Part shown: one piece after another, positions 35,901 through 47,076 of the stretch | Layout: every line of letters starts with the position of its first letter | How positions within the stretch are numbered: the stretch's first letter is position 1 | Assembly (NCBI GenBank): GCA_010015805.1 | Contig: ML978123.1 | Span: forward strand, 2,232,001-2,296,000 | DNA: 64,000 bases | Reading direction: 5' to 3' | Source of the DNA: Rhizodiscina lignyota | Taxonomy: Eukaryota | The notes under the pieces: model-generated | Databases searched by the model: none | Told to the model about the DNA's origin: nothing | What the model saw: the letters and a program-made list of their open reading frames with translations, nothing else | Translations under genes and position numbers: made by a program

Positions 35901-38122
35901 AACTAGAGTTCCAGGATCTACGCCTGTGCGAAGACATGTGCTGATCCAATTTGCTCGTGGAAGAAGTTGAGGTCGACAAATAACAAGCAAGTCGATTAAC
36001 TCTTGGTTCAATGTTGGCTCATCTATGCTTGCATTCAGCTCTTCCCTCTGGCCTTGTGATAGGCAAATGCTTCGTAGTGCCAGATAAAGTTCCGAGTTGC
36101 CTGTCCTAGCAGTCACGGCGGCGGTGTCCTTTTCATTCAGAACAACCCTCCGTCTCCATTCCCAGAGACCGTTGATGATGATTCTACCAATACGAGCTGG
36201 AAAAGTCGCGTAAGCAGACGCCAAACCTCGAGCAGCTTCGGTTCTGACAAAAGGCGGGACGGTTGCACTTGTCATAAGAAAAAGAAAAGCTTGGGACCAT
36301 GCATCTTCAATGCCGGAGCTATTATCGAGCTTGGCCAAGTCTTCTGTCATAGAGGCCAGAGCGCGCAGTCCCCAAGTAAAGTCATCCACCGCAGTTAACT
36401 TTGAGTAAATCCGGAAATTCAGAAGGAAAGACGGCTTTGGTTCTGCCACGAGTACTTGCTTGGCAATTGCTGCCTTCTTAATAATCGATGCAATATCGCC
36501 ATCTTTGCTGTCACGGAACTTTGACTGACACAATGCCAAGAAAATATAGGCTATTGTAACCAGTCCATTTTGTGCTGCAGGCAAGGGGTTCGCGAGCACT
36601 TCCGACCAGCTGTCAGCCAGTTTAGGAAGTACTTCTTTTGAAAATGCGAGTACCTCAGGTCTTTCCACTTGATCGGCTTCCAGCTCCCAGATGATTTGAC
36701 TCGCACTGATGGCCCAGGCTCTTCTAAGCGGGATCTTCTTGTCGTTGATGCCTTTCTTGAACGCGTCTAGTACTGAGCTAGGTGTGGAGACCCCAGTGGA
36801 GAGTAAATACGAAGTGTGCGTTGATATCGTCGAAATCTCTGCTGCGGCTGCTGCGTCGTTCGGTTCCTTCAGTGCAATGGGAGCGAGTCCGGAAGACAGC
36901 TTTTCGGACAAAGATTTGTTGGGCTTTAGGGCCGCCAACATTTGGAGATAGATGATTTTCTGGTCAGTAGAGGTGACTTTGGACTGCTTGAGTGGATTTA
37001 AGATTTCGTCCGACACTTTTGCAAGTGGTGTTGCCTCCTCGGACCTGGAAGCAGCGGCTTTGAAGGTTAGGAGTGCTCCCATACGAATCAGTGGATTTGA
37101 TGATTTAACGTTGGAAAGTAAGGGTTTCGTAAGATTGTCGAGTAGAATTTCGGAAAGGTCAATGCTCGCTGGGATGGAGTGGATGAGGGGTGTGAGAAGG
37201 TCATTGAGAACAACTTCCGGAGATCGAAGCAGGGCTTTCTCCACGGCCGGAATGATGTCCTGCAACACTTCCTCCTTCGTTGTGAATTCAGTGAAGAAGT
37301 CTCGGAGCCCATCCGCCATATGCGGTGCCAGCACTGTCCGAGACCCGATTATCTCGCGAGTATAGAACGAATAATAGTCCGGCTTCCACTTCTCAAGCTG
37401 AGTCTTCATGCGGGGGAGTCGGGCAGCCACCCCAGCAAGAACGCCTAACAGGACTGCATTCCTAGCAGTTGGTGCAGAACTTTTTGCAGTAAGATGCTCT
37501 ACAGATGCATCCAGAGCTGCAGTACCAACCTCGGGCGATTGGAAGAGCTTGCGGAAGGCACGCCTTGTAACAACAAGAGCAGAATTCCTAACGCCCTCAC
37601 GAGTGGCATTTCCCATACAAAATTCCAGAGCTTTTGCGTCCGCGGCCACAATGTCCACCCCCCAGGTCTTCCAGAGCTTTGTATTTGTCCCAGAGCCGGA
37701 CAGTAGCAGAGAGAACCACTCCAGCAGGACAAAAGCATTAGCCGCAGCAATGGTTGTCTTGGCCGCCTCTTGCAACAACGCCGCTATGAAGGGCTTGAGA
37801 CGTTCTACCGCATCTGAAGAGAGAGCGATCGTGCGTATGCATTGTTCGACAGCGCGGCGGGAATTACGATCGATGTAGTAGGGGTATATATCGAGGAATA
37901 CCGAGAGGAGAAAGTGGATGTCAGGAGTTTCAAGTTCTGTGGGCTAATCAGACGCAATTTCCATGACTTTGTCTTAATTACGGGGAAGGAAATACCATTA
38001 CTCTCGAGCTGCGCGTTGATCGCGTGAAGCTCAGGTATTCTCTGCTTGGGGGAGCTGGCATGCAAAATACTTCGGACCAGCTCGTGTTTGAGGCGTGGAT
38101 TTCCGTTCATTTGTTGATCCAT
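29968..38122 (-). CDS. GCN1: eIF2-alpha kinase (Gcn2) activator Gcn1, giant HEAT-repeat protein, 3 exons
   Basis: About 2650 aa of HEAT repeats. Motifs RGAAYGLAG, FEPYVIQ, QWRSKKGA, DAPSLALV, SHRIRLSSVELVGDLLF, TQITGPLIRV and PFLPQLQRTF. Introns near 37937-37995 and 31100-31147. Confidence 0.97.
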
Positions 38123-38485
38123 GGTTCTGAGGCATCAGGAATATCTTTGAGCTCCTGTGTGATGCTGTCTCTGAAATTTTGATGTCGATGGGCAAAAGTG
38201 GGACTCTGCAGAAGTGACCGCCAAGCCTCAAAGAGTCAGCGATCAAAGTTGTTGCTGGTCCTCGAAGGTCGATCATCACTTTGTCACAGCCCAATTCAAG
38301 CCACAAACTACATGAAAAGTTTGTTTCAAATATCAAACACGAACACAGCCCCACACTGGCCAAAGATGAACGGGTTGGGTCGTATCAAAGGATCTATCTC
38401 GAAATTTCTTGCTAGAAAACACGCGTTCGACATACAAATCGACGCTCGCTGAAAGGCTAATTCCGCGACCACAGTCGTTATCATC

Positions 38486-41400
38486 ATGGCGAAGAAGAAG
38501 AAGCCAGCAGCCAATCCTGCTCGGGGGTTTGCCACCACATCAATCGCCAGCAAGGCGAAAGTCGAGAAGGCGAGTGATGATACTGCAGCGCCGCCAGCAT
38601 CACCACAGAAGGAACCCGGGAAACCCTCCGACATGGATGCAAGTGGACCTCAAATTTCAGAGAAGGAGGTGTCTACGGCTCCAAAGCAGTTGCATGAGCT
38701 CAGCCCGGAAGAAATGGAGCGGCAGCTGGAGAGAGATGAGCTCCAATTACAGGTCGAGCAAAATGGAGTCAAAGTTCGAAGAGAAGCCGCAAGGCAGGTC
38801 TCGCGAGCGTTGACGGACTGTCGCGTTCTACGTAGTCAGGCTCAGTCTTTGAATGTCAAGGATTGGCTTTCTTACCCTGTGATTCAGCAAATTCTCGCTC
38901 TTGCAAAAGAAGACAGCCAGCACGACCCGCAGATCACAAGTCAGGGCAATGAAGACGCCTTCACAGAAGACGAAATGACAATAAAGCTCTGGACACTGCG
39001 CGAAGCTTTATCTGGATTCGGGATCGCCTATGAACACGTCGACTCTGCACTCAAAACAGCAATGCAAAAGCGATTGAATTATGGAGACGGGCCCTACCTA
39101 TGGGGCTTTCCGCAAAGTTTGGAGTTTCTGGCTTTGATAAGCGGAAATGATATCCTTCCGGCTTTTGACCGTCAAAAGGTCGCTGTGTCTCAAACTCAGA
39201 CTCCTGTGGACAGTGATACGGAGACGCATACTGCACGCCAACGGCCCTCTCCATGGATGAAGATGAGTGTGGCATCCGATGTGGCATCGAAGACCCCATC
39301 AATAGCGTCAACGGAACCCACGAGTACCCCTGACGTCTCTGATGTCGACAGCGACCTAGAGCCAGACGAGCTCATTCCAGTATATATCTCACTTCGGGTC
39401 AAACTTTTCTTGCTTCAGCCAGACATGAACGACCAAATTAGTTCTAGTAAAGGGAAGGCTAAGAAGCAAAATCTAGTAGCATCGAGGAGCCCCCTCTCAC
39501 CTGCGGCAGTGAAAATACAGCGGCAGCTAGCGAAAATTGAGTCGGACGTGCTTTTCGACAAGAGAGAGGCAGACGCCCAATGGATCGCGAGACGAAACCA
39601 GTTATCACGAGCCGCATCACTCCGCAGAAAACTAGATCTTCCGGATCCTAAAGCTCACTTGCTTGACCCGTTGAATGACTCGAGCAATGTGTCTAGCGAC
39701 GCAGAAGCAATTGGAAAAGAAGTTGGAGAGTCAAACCAAGGTTCTGCCAACTCGGACGAAGAAGATCTTATAGGTGGCATGTTTCTCGAGAGCGGTGATA
39801 CACCAAATTCCACCATTGAAGAAGATTCCACGGGCAACGGCACCACCGTCACATTACGAGATTTTGGGAAATTTACTGGCATGAGTCCCAGGCGAATCTT
39901 TGAAGAAGCTTGTCGTGCACGGGATTCAGGGAGCAGCATTTCATACAAGCTTGTTTCACCCACGACATATTCAAGCCGTCATTCGTTGACGGTCTTTTGG
40001 ACAAAGGCTCAAGATCCGGCCATTCAAGTAAATGATGTCGAGGTAACGCAATCATCCAACTGGGCAAAGTTCACTATGGTGTCCATCGCAGCGTCGAATC
40101 CTCAGCAGAGCGAGGCTTTCATCTCAGTAGCGGCACTCTTCGCACTCTTTTCTCAATCTCTAAAGGAAGAGAAAGTTTATATGAGGCTGCCAGTCGTATG
40201 GCGCGACGTGTGGCAAGAGTTCGCAACTGCAGAGAAGGAGCGAAGGGATGCATCTGACCGACAAACGATCAAAAACTTCCGCGAGCTCATTCAAACCCAG
40301 AGGAAAAATGAAGAAGACGAGGGCATAGTCCTCCCTCATCAACTGAGAACGAAGAGAAATGGTGAACAAGCTAAGATGACTCCTTCGTATCAAGGTGACG
40401 TTCAGGCAAGCGAAGAGCTTCAGCGTACATGGTCTCAGAGAGTCTCAAGCCCTTCCTATCAACATATGCTCCCAGTTCGGAGTAGTTTGCCCATCTTCGG
40501 ATACCGTCAAGAGATCCTCGCAGCTATCGAAGCTAACCAAGTAATCATCTTGTGCGGCGAGACTGGCTGTGGGAAAAGCACTCAGCTGCCAGCTTATGTC
40601 CTGGAGAATGAGCTCTCCAAAGGCAACCCTTGCAAGATATATTGCACAGAGCCGCGACGGATATCGGCAATTTCCCTTGCGCAACGAGTAAGTGAAGAGC
40701 TGGGCGAAGCGAAAAATGAAGTCGGCACTGGTCGATCGCTCATCGGATACGCCATCAGGCTCGAGTCTCATGTTGGGGCAGCAACTCGTTTGGTCTATGC
40801 AACAGTCGGGATTGTCCTTCGCATGCTGGAGTCTGAACAGGGACTCAGTGACATCACCCACCTTGTCATCGATGAGGTGCATGAGCGCAGCATTGACACC
40901 GATTTTCTTTTGATCATTGTCAAAGCTATGTTGACGAGGCGACCAAAGCTTCGCGTCATCTTGATGAGTGCTACTGTTGACGCTCTGCGGTTCTCAACCT
41001 ACCTAGATGGTGCCCCAATCTTGACTGTGCCAGGTCGAACGTTTCCTGTGCGAACAATGTACCTGGAAGACGCCATCGAGCTCACAAAATTAACCGAAAA
41101 TGGCAAGGAACAACAGGAAAATGACGAAGACGCGGAGTTACCGGAAGATGACATGAAAGAAAGCAAAGCAGCGCTGCTGGAATCACTTCAGAGCTATAGT
41201 GCCTCTACCCGCCACACTCTCTCAAGCACTTATGACGAGTATCGGATCGACTTTGAGCTTATTGTTCGCCTTATAGAAGAAGTTGCGTCAAGAGCCGATT
41301 TTAATCACTTCAGCAAAGCCTTTCTCGTCTTCCTTCCAGGGATTGCGGAGATCCGGGAGCTTGCCGATATTCTCCAGGAACACCCAGCTTTTGGAGCCGA

Positions 41401-42862
41401 TTGGTTGATATACCCACTTCATTCAACTATTGCCAGTGACGAGCAGCAGCAAGCATTTTTAGTTCCTCCTCCTGGCGTTCGTAAAGTGGTACTCGCCACG
41501 AATATTGCAGAGACTGGCATCACCATCCCAGATGTCACGTGCGTTATCGACACTGGCAAGCATAAAGAAATGCGTTTTGACGAGCGTCGACAACTGTCGC
41601 GATTACTCCAGGCATTCATATCTCGCAGCAATGCAAAGCAACGACGTGGTAGAGCTGGTCGTGTACAAGATGGCCTATGCTTCCATCTATTCACCAAGTA
41701 TCGACATGACAACTTAATGTCGGAGAATCAGACACCTGAAATGTTACGGTTGTCCTTGCAAGATCTCATCATGCGAGTCAAGATATGCAAACTTGGTGAC
41801 ATCGAAGAGACGCTTGCACAAGCACTTGATCCCCCGCAACCGAAAAACGTCCGAAAGGCAATTGAAGCTCTAGTCGAAGTTGACGCTCTTACGCCGAGCG
41901 AGGATCTTACGCCTTTTGGGCAGCAACTCGCCAAGTTGCCACTAGATGCCAACTTGGGAAAGCTTTGTCTTTTGTCTTGCATCTGTAGCTGCTTGGATGT
42001 CGCTCTGACAATTGCAGCGTTACTCTCGTCTAAGTCACCTTTCGTCACACCGTTTGGAGCGAGAGCTCGTGCTGATGCCGCACGGTTGGCTTTTAAACAA
42101 GGCGATTCTGATTTATTGACAGCCTACAACGCGTACGTATCCTGGAAGCGATCGTGCACATCTGCGGGCCAGTCAGAATTCCAGTTTTGCAGGAAAAACT
42201 TCCTTAGCCCTCAGAACTTAAGCGGCATCGAGGACCTGAAAGCGCAGTTGCTCAATGCTCTCATTGATACGGGTTGTGTACGACTGTCCTCGGAAGACCG
42301 GCAAGCACTGAGCAGGTACCGATATGCATCTAGGCACCGTTCATTTGTACCAGTGCCAGCAGAATACAACCTCAACAGCGGCAACCACAATTTCGTGAAC
42401 TCTGTTATTGCATGGGCGCTATACCCCAAAATCTTGATACGAGATGGCAAAGGTTGGCGGAACATTGCCAACAACCAAAGTGTGAGCTTGCATCCCACAT
42501 CGGTAAACAAGGGCATATCGAACGCAAAGTTTTTGAGCTACTACTCTATCCTGCAATCGAGCAGCAGGTACTACAATGCACATTCGACGAGTCTCGCTCA
42601 GGACTTTCCTCTCGTCCTTCTGGCAGGCAGTGCTGATTTCAGGTTGCACGCTGGAGTCATCATTGTAGACGGAAATCGTCTGAAGTTTACGGTCAACGAT
42701 TGGAAGACAATGATGGCGGTCAAGTTTCTCAGGACAAGGTTGAAGGAGATCGTTGCAGCAAGGCTAAAGGCCCCGAGCAAGCCACTGGGTCGCAGACTGG
42801 AGAGATGGATGGAAGTGATACAAACCATCTTTGACGCGAGAGAGGCGATCGACAAAAAGTGA
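38486..42862 (+). CDS. DEAH-box RNA helicase, DHX29/DHX57-like, intronless
   Basis: GETGCGKSTQ, DEVHERS, MSAT, FLPG, ATNIAETGITI and QRRGRAGR, then HA2/OB-fold C-terminus. Long N-terminal extension. Confidence 0.93.
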   Translation: MAKKKKPAANPARGFATTSIASKAKVEKASDDTAAPPASPQKEPGKPSDMDASGPQISEKEVSTAPKQLHELSPEEMERQLERDELQLQVEQNGVKVRREAARQVSRALTDCRVLRSQAQSLNVKDWLSYPVIQQILALAKEDSQHDPQITSQGNEDAFTEDEMTIKLWTLREALSGFGIAYEHVDSALKTAMQKRLNYGDGPYLWGFPQSLEFLALISGNDILPAFDRQKVAVSQTQTPVDSDTETHTARQRPSPWMKMSVASDVASKTPSIASTEPTSTPDVSDVDSDLEPDELIPVYISLRVKLFLLQPDMNDQISSSKGKAKKQNLVASRSPLSPAAVKIQRQLAKIESDVLFDKREADAQWIARRNQLSRAASLRRKLDLPDPKAHLLDPLNDSSNVSSDAEAIGKEVGESNQGSANSDEEDLIGGMFLESGDTPNSTIEEDSTGNGTTVTLRDFGKFTGMSPRRIFEEACRARDSGSSISYKLVSPTTYSSRHSLTVFWTKAQDPAIQVNDVEVTQSSNWAKFTMVSIAASNPQQSEAFISVAALFALFSQSLKEEKVYMRLPVVWRDVWQEFATAEKERRDASDRQTIKNFRELIQTQRKNEEDEGIVLPHQLRTKRNGEQAKMTPSYQGDVQASEELQRTWSQRVSSPSYQHMLPVRSSLPIFGYRQEILAAIEANQVIILCGETGCGKSTQLPAYVLENELSKGNPCKIYCTEPRRISAISLAQRVSEELGEAKNEVGTGRSLIGYAIRLESHVGAATRLVYATVGIVLRMLESEQGLSDITHLVIDEVHERSIDTDFLLIIVKAMLTRRPKLRVILMSATVDALRFSTYLDGAPILTVPGRTFPVRTMYLEDAIELTKLTENGKEQQENDEDAELPEDDMKESKAALLESLQSYSASTRHTLSSTYDEYRIDFELIVRLIEEVASRADFNHFSKAFLVFLPGIAEIRELADILQEHPAFGADWLIYPLHSTIASDEQQQAFLVPPPGVRKVVLATNIAETGITIPDVTCVIDTGKHKEMRFDERRQLSRLLQAFISRSNAKQRRGRAGRVQDGLCFHLFTKYRHDNLMSENQTPEMLRLSLQDLIMRVKICKLGDIEETLAQALDPPQPKNVRKAIEALVEVDALTPSEDLTPFGQQLAKLPLDANLGKLCLLSCICSCLDVALTIAALLSSKSPFVTPFGARARADAARLAFKQGDSDLLTAYNAYVSWKRSCTSAGQSEFQFCRKNFLSPQNLSGIEDLKAQLLNALIDTGCVRLSSEDRQALSRYRYASRHRSFVPVPAEYNLNSGNHNFVNSVIAWALYPKILIRDGKGWRNIANNQSVSLHPTSVNKGISNAKFLSYYSILQSSSRYYNAHSTSLAQDFPLVLLAGSADFRLHAGVIIVDGNRLKFTVNDWKTMMAVKFLRTRLKEIVAARLKAPSKPLGRRLERWMEVIQTIFDAREAIDKK

Positions 42863-43798
42863 AGGTGCAAGCGGTTGTGGTTAGACATACAAGATGTGCC
42901 TCCTTCAGCACGTCCTCTTCGTACTCGAAGCGTACACGACTTTGTGCCCGGGTCCTAAAGCTAGTTTAGTTAATGCTCAAGCAACAGCACTTCAAATGTG
43001 CTACAAGATATGGTTTCCATGCTTATAAAGCGGCCCATAAATACCAGATTTGCGAAGTCGTGAAAAATTGTTGTGTCTCCTGCTTTGTATGTACCAGAAT
43101 CTCTGATATTGGAAAGACCAAATATTGCTATATTTAGAACTCTCCCACGTCACTCACTGACTCCAAGCTTCCCCAACCTCCCCCAACCTCGTGTCACTCT
43201 GCGCTAAAGCATCTGGAATACGCAGTACGCAACGCCACTAACTGGGCACCGGGTATTCTAGGTGGTATTTCTCAATGATCAGCAATTATCCCGTGACACC
43301 AGTCACTGCTGTCCGGCTTCAAATTGCAGGGAAGCAATACGAGGGTTCAATAATGCAAGACAAGCTGATCTTTTCGAAACTATTCCTTGCAGGGGAGGCA
43401 GTGTCCGCAATTTTCCTGTTTCAAAACACCTACCTGCAGATCGTCATGCTATCCAATTGCATACCCTTATACACAACAGCTTTTCCTGCTGTAACTACAG
43501 CGAGCAGTCCTTCCACCTTGCGTTGTATGAGGCAACACCGTGTTTGACCGCAGCGAAGGGGTTGCTGCCGTGTCTAGCTCCACATTTTTCGTCATGAGAT
43601 TCTTGTTCCTTGATGGCAGATGAGAAATTTCTATGATCGCTGTCAGAATTGTGATATGCATGCGAGTGGGTATATAACCATGGTTCAAGCACCCCCTCAC
43701 GATCAAGCAGGTCTCAACTGTTTTGGACAAGCATTCAGTCGTTTTGATACATTTTTGCGAATTCGTCTTAGTAAAAGTGTCAATCCCCTCTGCGCAAA

Positions 43799-44420
43799 AT
43801 GAAGACGACGCTTGCGATCTCCGCCATTCTCGGCCTCTTTTCTTTTAGCCCTGTTCAGGCAAACTATTTCTCAGTTATATCCGTTCGCTCGGCTTCTCTA
43901 ATTCACCTTCAAAGCATCAACGCAAATGGAGGTAGCTTCTGGATTGGCAAAACAACGACATCTTATTGTCCGCAAGCCGAGGTCTCTGATTGTCCCCCCG
44001 GCAACGACACTGTCTTCGAAGGTGGAAACGACACCCTTGGTCTTGGTACAGTCGTGCCTGCGGGTCAACAGGGTACGTTGGTCATTCCTCCATTCCATTC
44101 TGCACTTGCTGTACTTGAAGTTACGCGTTGCTGATGCCTTTTAAGTGTACATTGCCCCAAGCGGCATCCTCTCTTTCTCCGAGGCACACACTGCCTCATT
44201 CCCAAAGGGTTCCATTCTTACTGGCTTTTCCCTGTGTCCGGGTGCGAGCTTTGGCGACCTCTCATGGGAGTACGGACTTGTCGCCTGTCCAACGAATGGA
44301 ACCAATGGACCGTGGCAGATCTACGGACAGCGGGCTGATATCACACTGCCAGAGACGTGCTTGGGATTCGACGCGCTCACATACAACCTGACTGAGCCCG
44401 GAGCATGGCAGTATATCTGA
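43799..44420 (+). CDS. Secreted 'IgE-binding protein'/PhiA-like cell-wall protein, 2 exons
   Basis: Signal peptide; INANGGSFWIG, SYCP, CPPGNDT, VP.GQQ|VYIAPSG.LSF..AH, ACP and AWQY motifs. Confidence 0.85.
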
Positions 44421-44541
44421 GATCCATGGCCTTTTTGGACGGCAAAGAGAATGGCGAATGCAGCAACGGCGGCTTATGATAGGTATTCTGAGCGGGAGTG
44501 TATAATCATCGCTAGACATAGTATAGTTATGCGCTCAAATG

Positions 44542-44995
44542 TTATTCTTTCCCGTCCATGGTGTCCAGAATTTTGTCTGATATTTTTGATCGGAACCACT
44601 CAAAGCCATCCTTCGGAGCTGTCGATGGATCACATGATATTACGATTGTCTTAATCCGTGACTTTTGGCCTCTGGCAATCTCGATATTTGACTTCGGAAC
44701 GTCCAAAATCTAGGTCAGATCAGTGCGTGTTCGTTGGAGGACTCGAACCAATCACTTTCTGCGGAGGAAAAGTTGCCCATACCTTCGCCAGTAAAGCCCT
44801 TACAGAAGCATTTGCTTGCCCTTCTCGTGCCTGTCCTGAAACAGAGAGTTCAAACATGTCGTCTTTCAACGCTGTGACGCCCTCATGCCTGCTGTCCACA
44901 CCGGGTCTGACTCGACATTTCATCACCACCTGCAGGAGTGGAGAACGCTTGGAAGAAGTGAAATTCAATGCAGCGACTACTTGAGCTCTCGACAT
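44542..44995 (-). CDS. DUF167/YggU-family protein, 2 exons
   Basis: CRVRPG...EGV...VSGQAREGQANASV..LLAK|ILDVPKSNIEIARGQKSRIKTI. One GTATGG...TAG intron. Confidence 0.85.
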
Positions 44996-45414
44996 GAGCT
45001 CGAATATGCTCAAACGGACGCCGAGAAGGAAGTCTTGGGCAAATAGCACGTGAAAGAATTGGCTGAGATGATTGACAGGGACCACCTGCTGAGCCGATGC
45101 GTGGGCGCCGGCATAAAAATCGGCGCGAGCCACGCCAATTCCTGCGCTTAGGGGAAGTTCTCTACAAACGCGTCCGTTAAGTTCCAATATAGACGAGAAG
45201 AAAGTCATCAGACCAACGCAGTTACGTAAAGAGAGACAAACCATTGTTCGGAAGATAAGGAAGACTTTTCGCTTTCCTCGACATTCCTTTGTTCAGCTTG
45301 ATTCCGCGGCAACATCATTTCAACTCGTGTCTTACTCTCTCAACGTAGTTAATATCTAGCGGCTCTGAACAACACTTCGGCATCTCGAGCACAACATCTC
45401 GCGCTCCTGCAAAC

Positions 45415-46521
45415 ATGACTTCTGCACCCACTTTACAGCCCAAGTTCTTGCCCAGCAAGAACGAGCTCGGCCTCGTTGCAGTGGGCTTCTCCGGAGGACA
45501 AGTACCACACACCGCCCCCAGTCCAATCAGTTATTCTCCATTGACGAGCATGACAACTAGTGTAAACCAGGCGTCGACGCCGCTCCTATGGCGCTCATCG
45601 AATCGGGCCTCATTGATCAGCTCAAGAATGACCTCGAATTCAACGTCACCTATGACGGCGAAGTCCACGCATATGCCGATATCATGCCTTCCTCCGACCC
45701 CGACTACCGCAACATGAAGCGCCCGAAAGGGGTCAGCGCGGTCACTAAGCGGCTGTGCGACCAGGTCTATGAGCACGCCTCGAAAGGACGATTTGTACTC
45801 ACGCTGGGCGGAGATCACTCCATTGCAATCGGCAGCATTGCGGGGACACAGAAGGCAATAAGGGAAAGGCTGGGCCGGGAGATGGCTGTGATATGGGTAG
45901 ATGCACATGCGGATATCAACACACCTGAGACAAGCGACAGCGGGAATATCCATGGGATGCCGGTTGCGTTTCTCACGGGTCTGGCAAAAGAGGATAAGCA
46001 AGACACATTCGGCTGGATCAAAGATGAGATGAGAATCAATACAAAGAAGCTGGTGTACATTGGTTTGCGGGATGTGGACGTAGGAGAAAAGAAGATATTG
46101 CGGGAAAACGGAATCAGGGCATTCAGTATGCATGATATCGATCGGTCAGTCAATGCGGCTTATTTTGGTCTCATACTTCCTCCCTAGGAGTAAGAATGCT
46201 AATGGAGTAACGTACAGCCACGGTATCGGAAAGGTGATGGACATGGCTCTTGGATGGATAGGACAAGATACGCCAATCCACCTCTCCTTTGACGTAGACG
46301 CACTGGACCCTCAGTGGGCACCTAGCACTGGCACGCCTGTAAGAGGCGGCCTGACGTTAAGAGAAGGAGACTTCATTGCGGAGTGTGTGGCCGAGACCGG
46401 AAGCCTGGTCGCTTTAGACCTCGTGGAGGTAAATCCAAGTCTTGAGGCCGAGGGTGCTGCGGAGACGGTAAGAGCTGGATGCTCGATTGTCAGGTGCGCT
46501 CTTGGAGATACGCTCTTATAG
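45415..46521 (+). CDS. CAR1: Arginase, 3 exons
   Basis: [56 protein letters not shown] and DLVEVNP. Confidence 0.97.
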
Positions 46522-47076
46522 TGGCAGAGTGGCGAATCGGCTCCTGGTATAATATGGCAAACTTTTAGGGGTGTCTCTTTGGGGTTGAACTATTCTAGAA
46601 TGACCCGTTTAGACGGCGCTGGAGACTCGATAACTAGCTTCACAGCTAAATCAAAGCTTACATAGTCTGCAAAGGGAACTATTTTGTAACCACTAAGGAT
46701 TTTCTTGATCATATCATTTTCTCCACCGGAACTTGTCCAGTGCTTGAACTACGCATTGAGGGGAGGCCGAGCTCTCGCCTTGAGTAGAATATCAGCACTG
46801 AAAGCTCGGAAATTTGCAACGGCGCTGAATCGGTCATTCCAAGTTGCTATAAGCACCCTCGGAATAGAAATCAAGACTGGACTCTTATGCCAACTGCGTT
46901 GCAAATCATTATGTATGTTCCGTATCATCGGCGACGTCATTTTGCCTCATCGCCCAAAGCAGTCTGAACCTCCGCAGCTCCGCCAGAAATTCGCAAGGGC
47001 ATCGGAAGAGATAGGTCGTTGAAAAATAATGCCTTCGCTCGTCAGCTCTTAGGAGTCTCGTCGAAAGAGTCGAAAT

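Noticed and set aside
30143..37878. Many plus-strand ORFs of 70-230 aa within GCN1
   Set aside because: Antisense shadows of a long coding frame; no motifs. The same applies to ORFs opposite MSH2, the helicase and arginase.
43171..43190. CCCCAACCTC x2 (also short duplications near 57262 and 58942)
   Set aside because: Two-copy slippage duplications; not telomeric or CRISPR-like.
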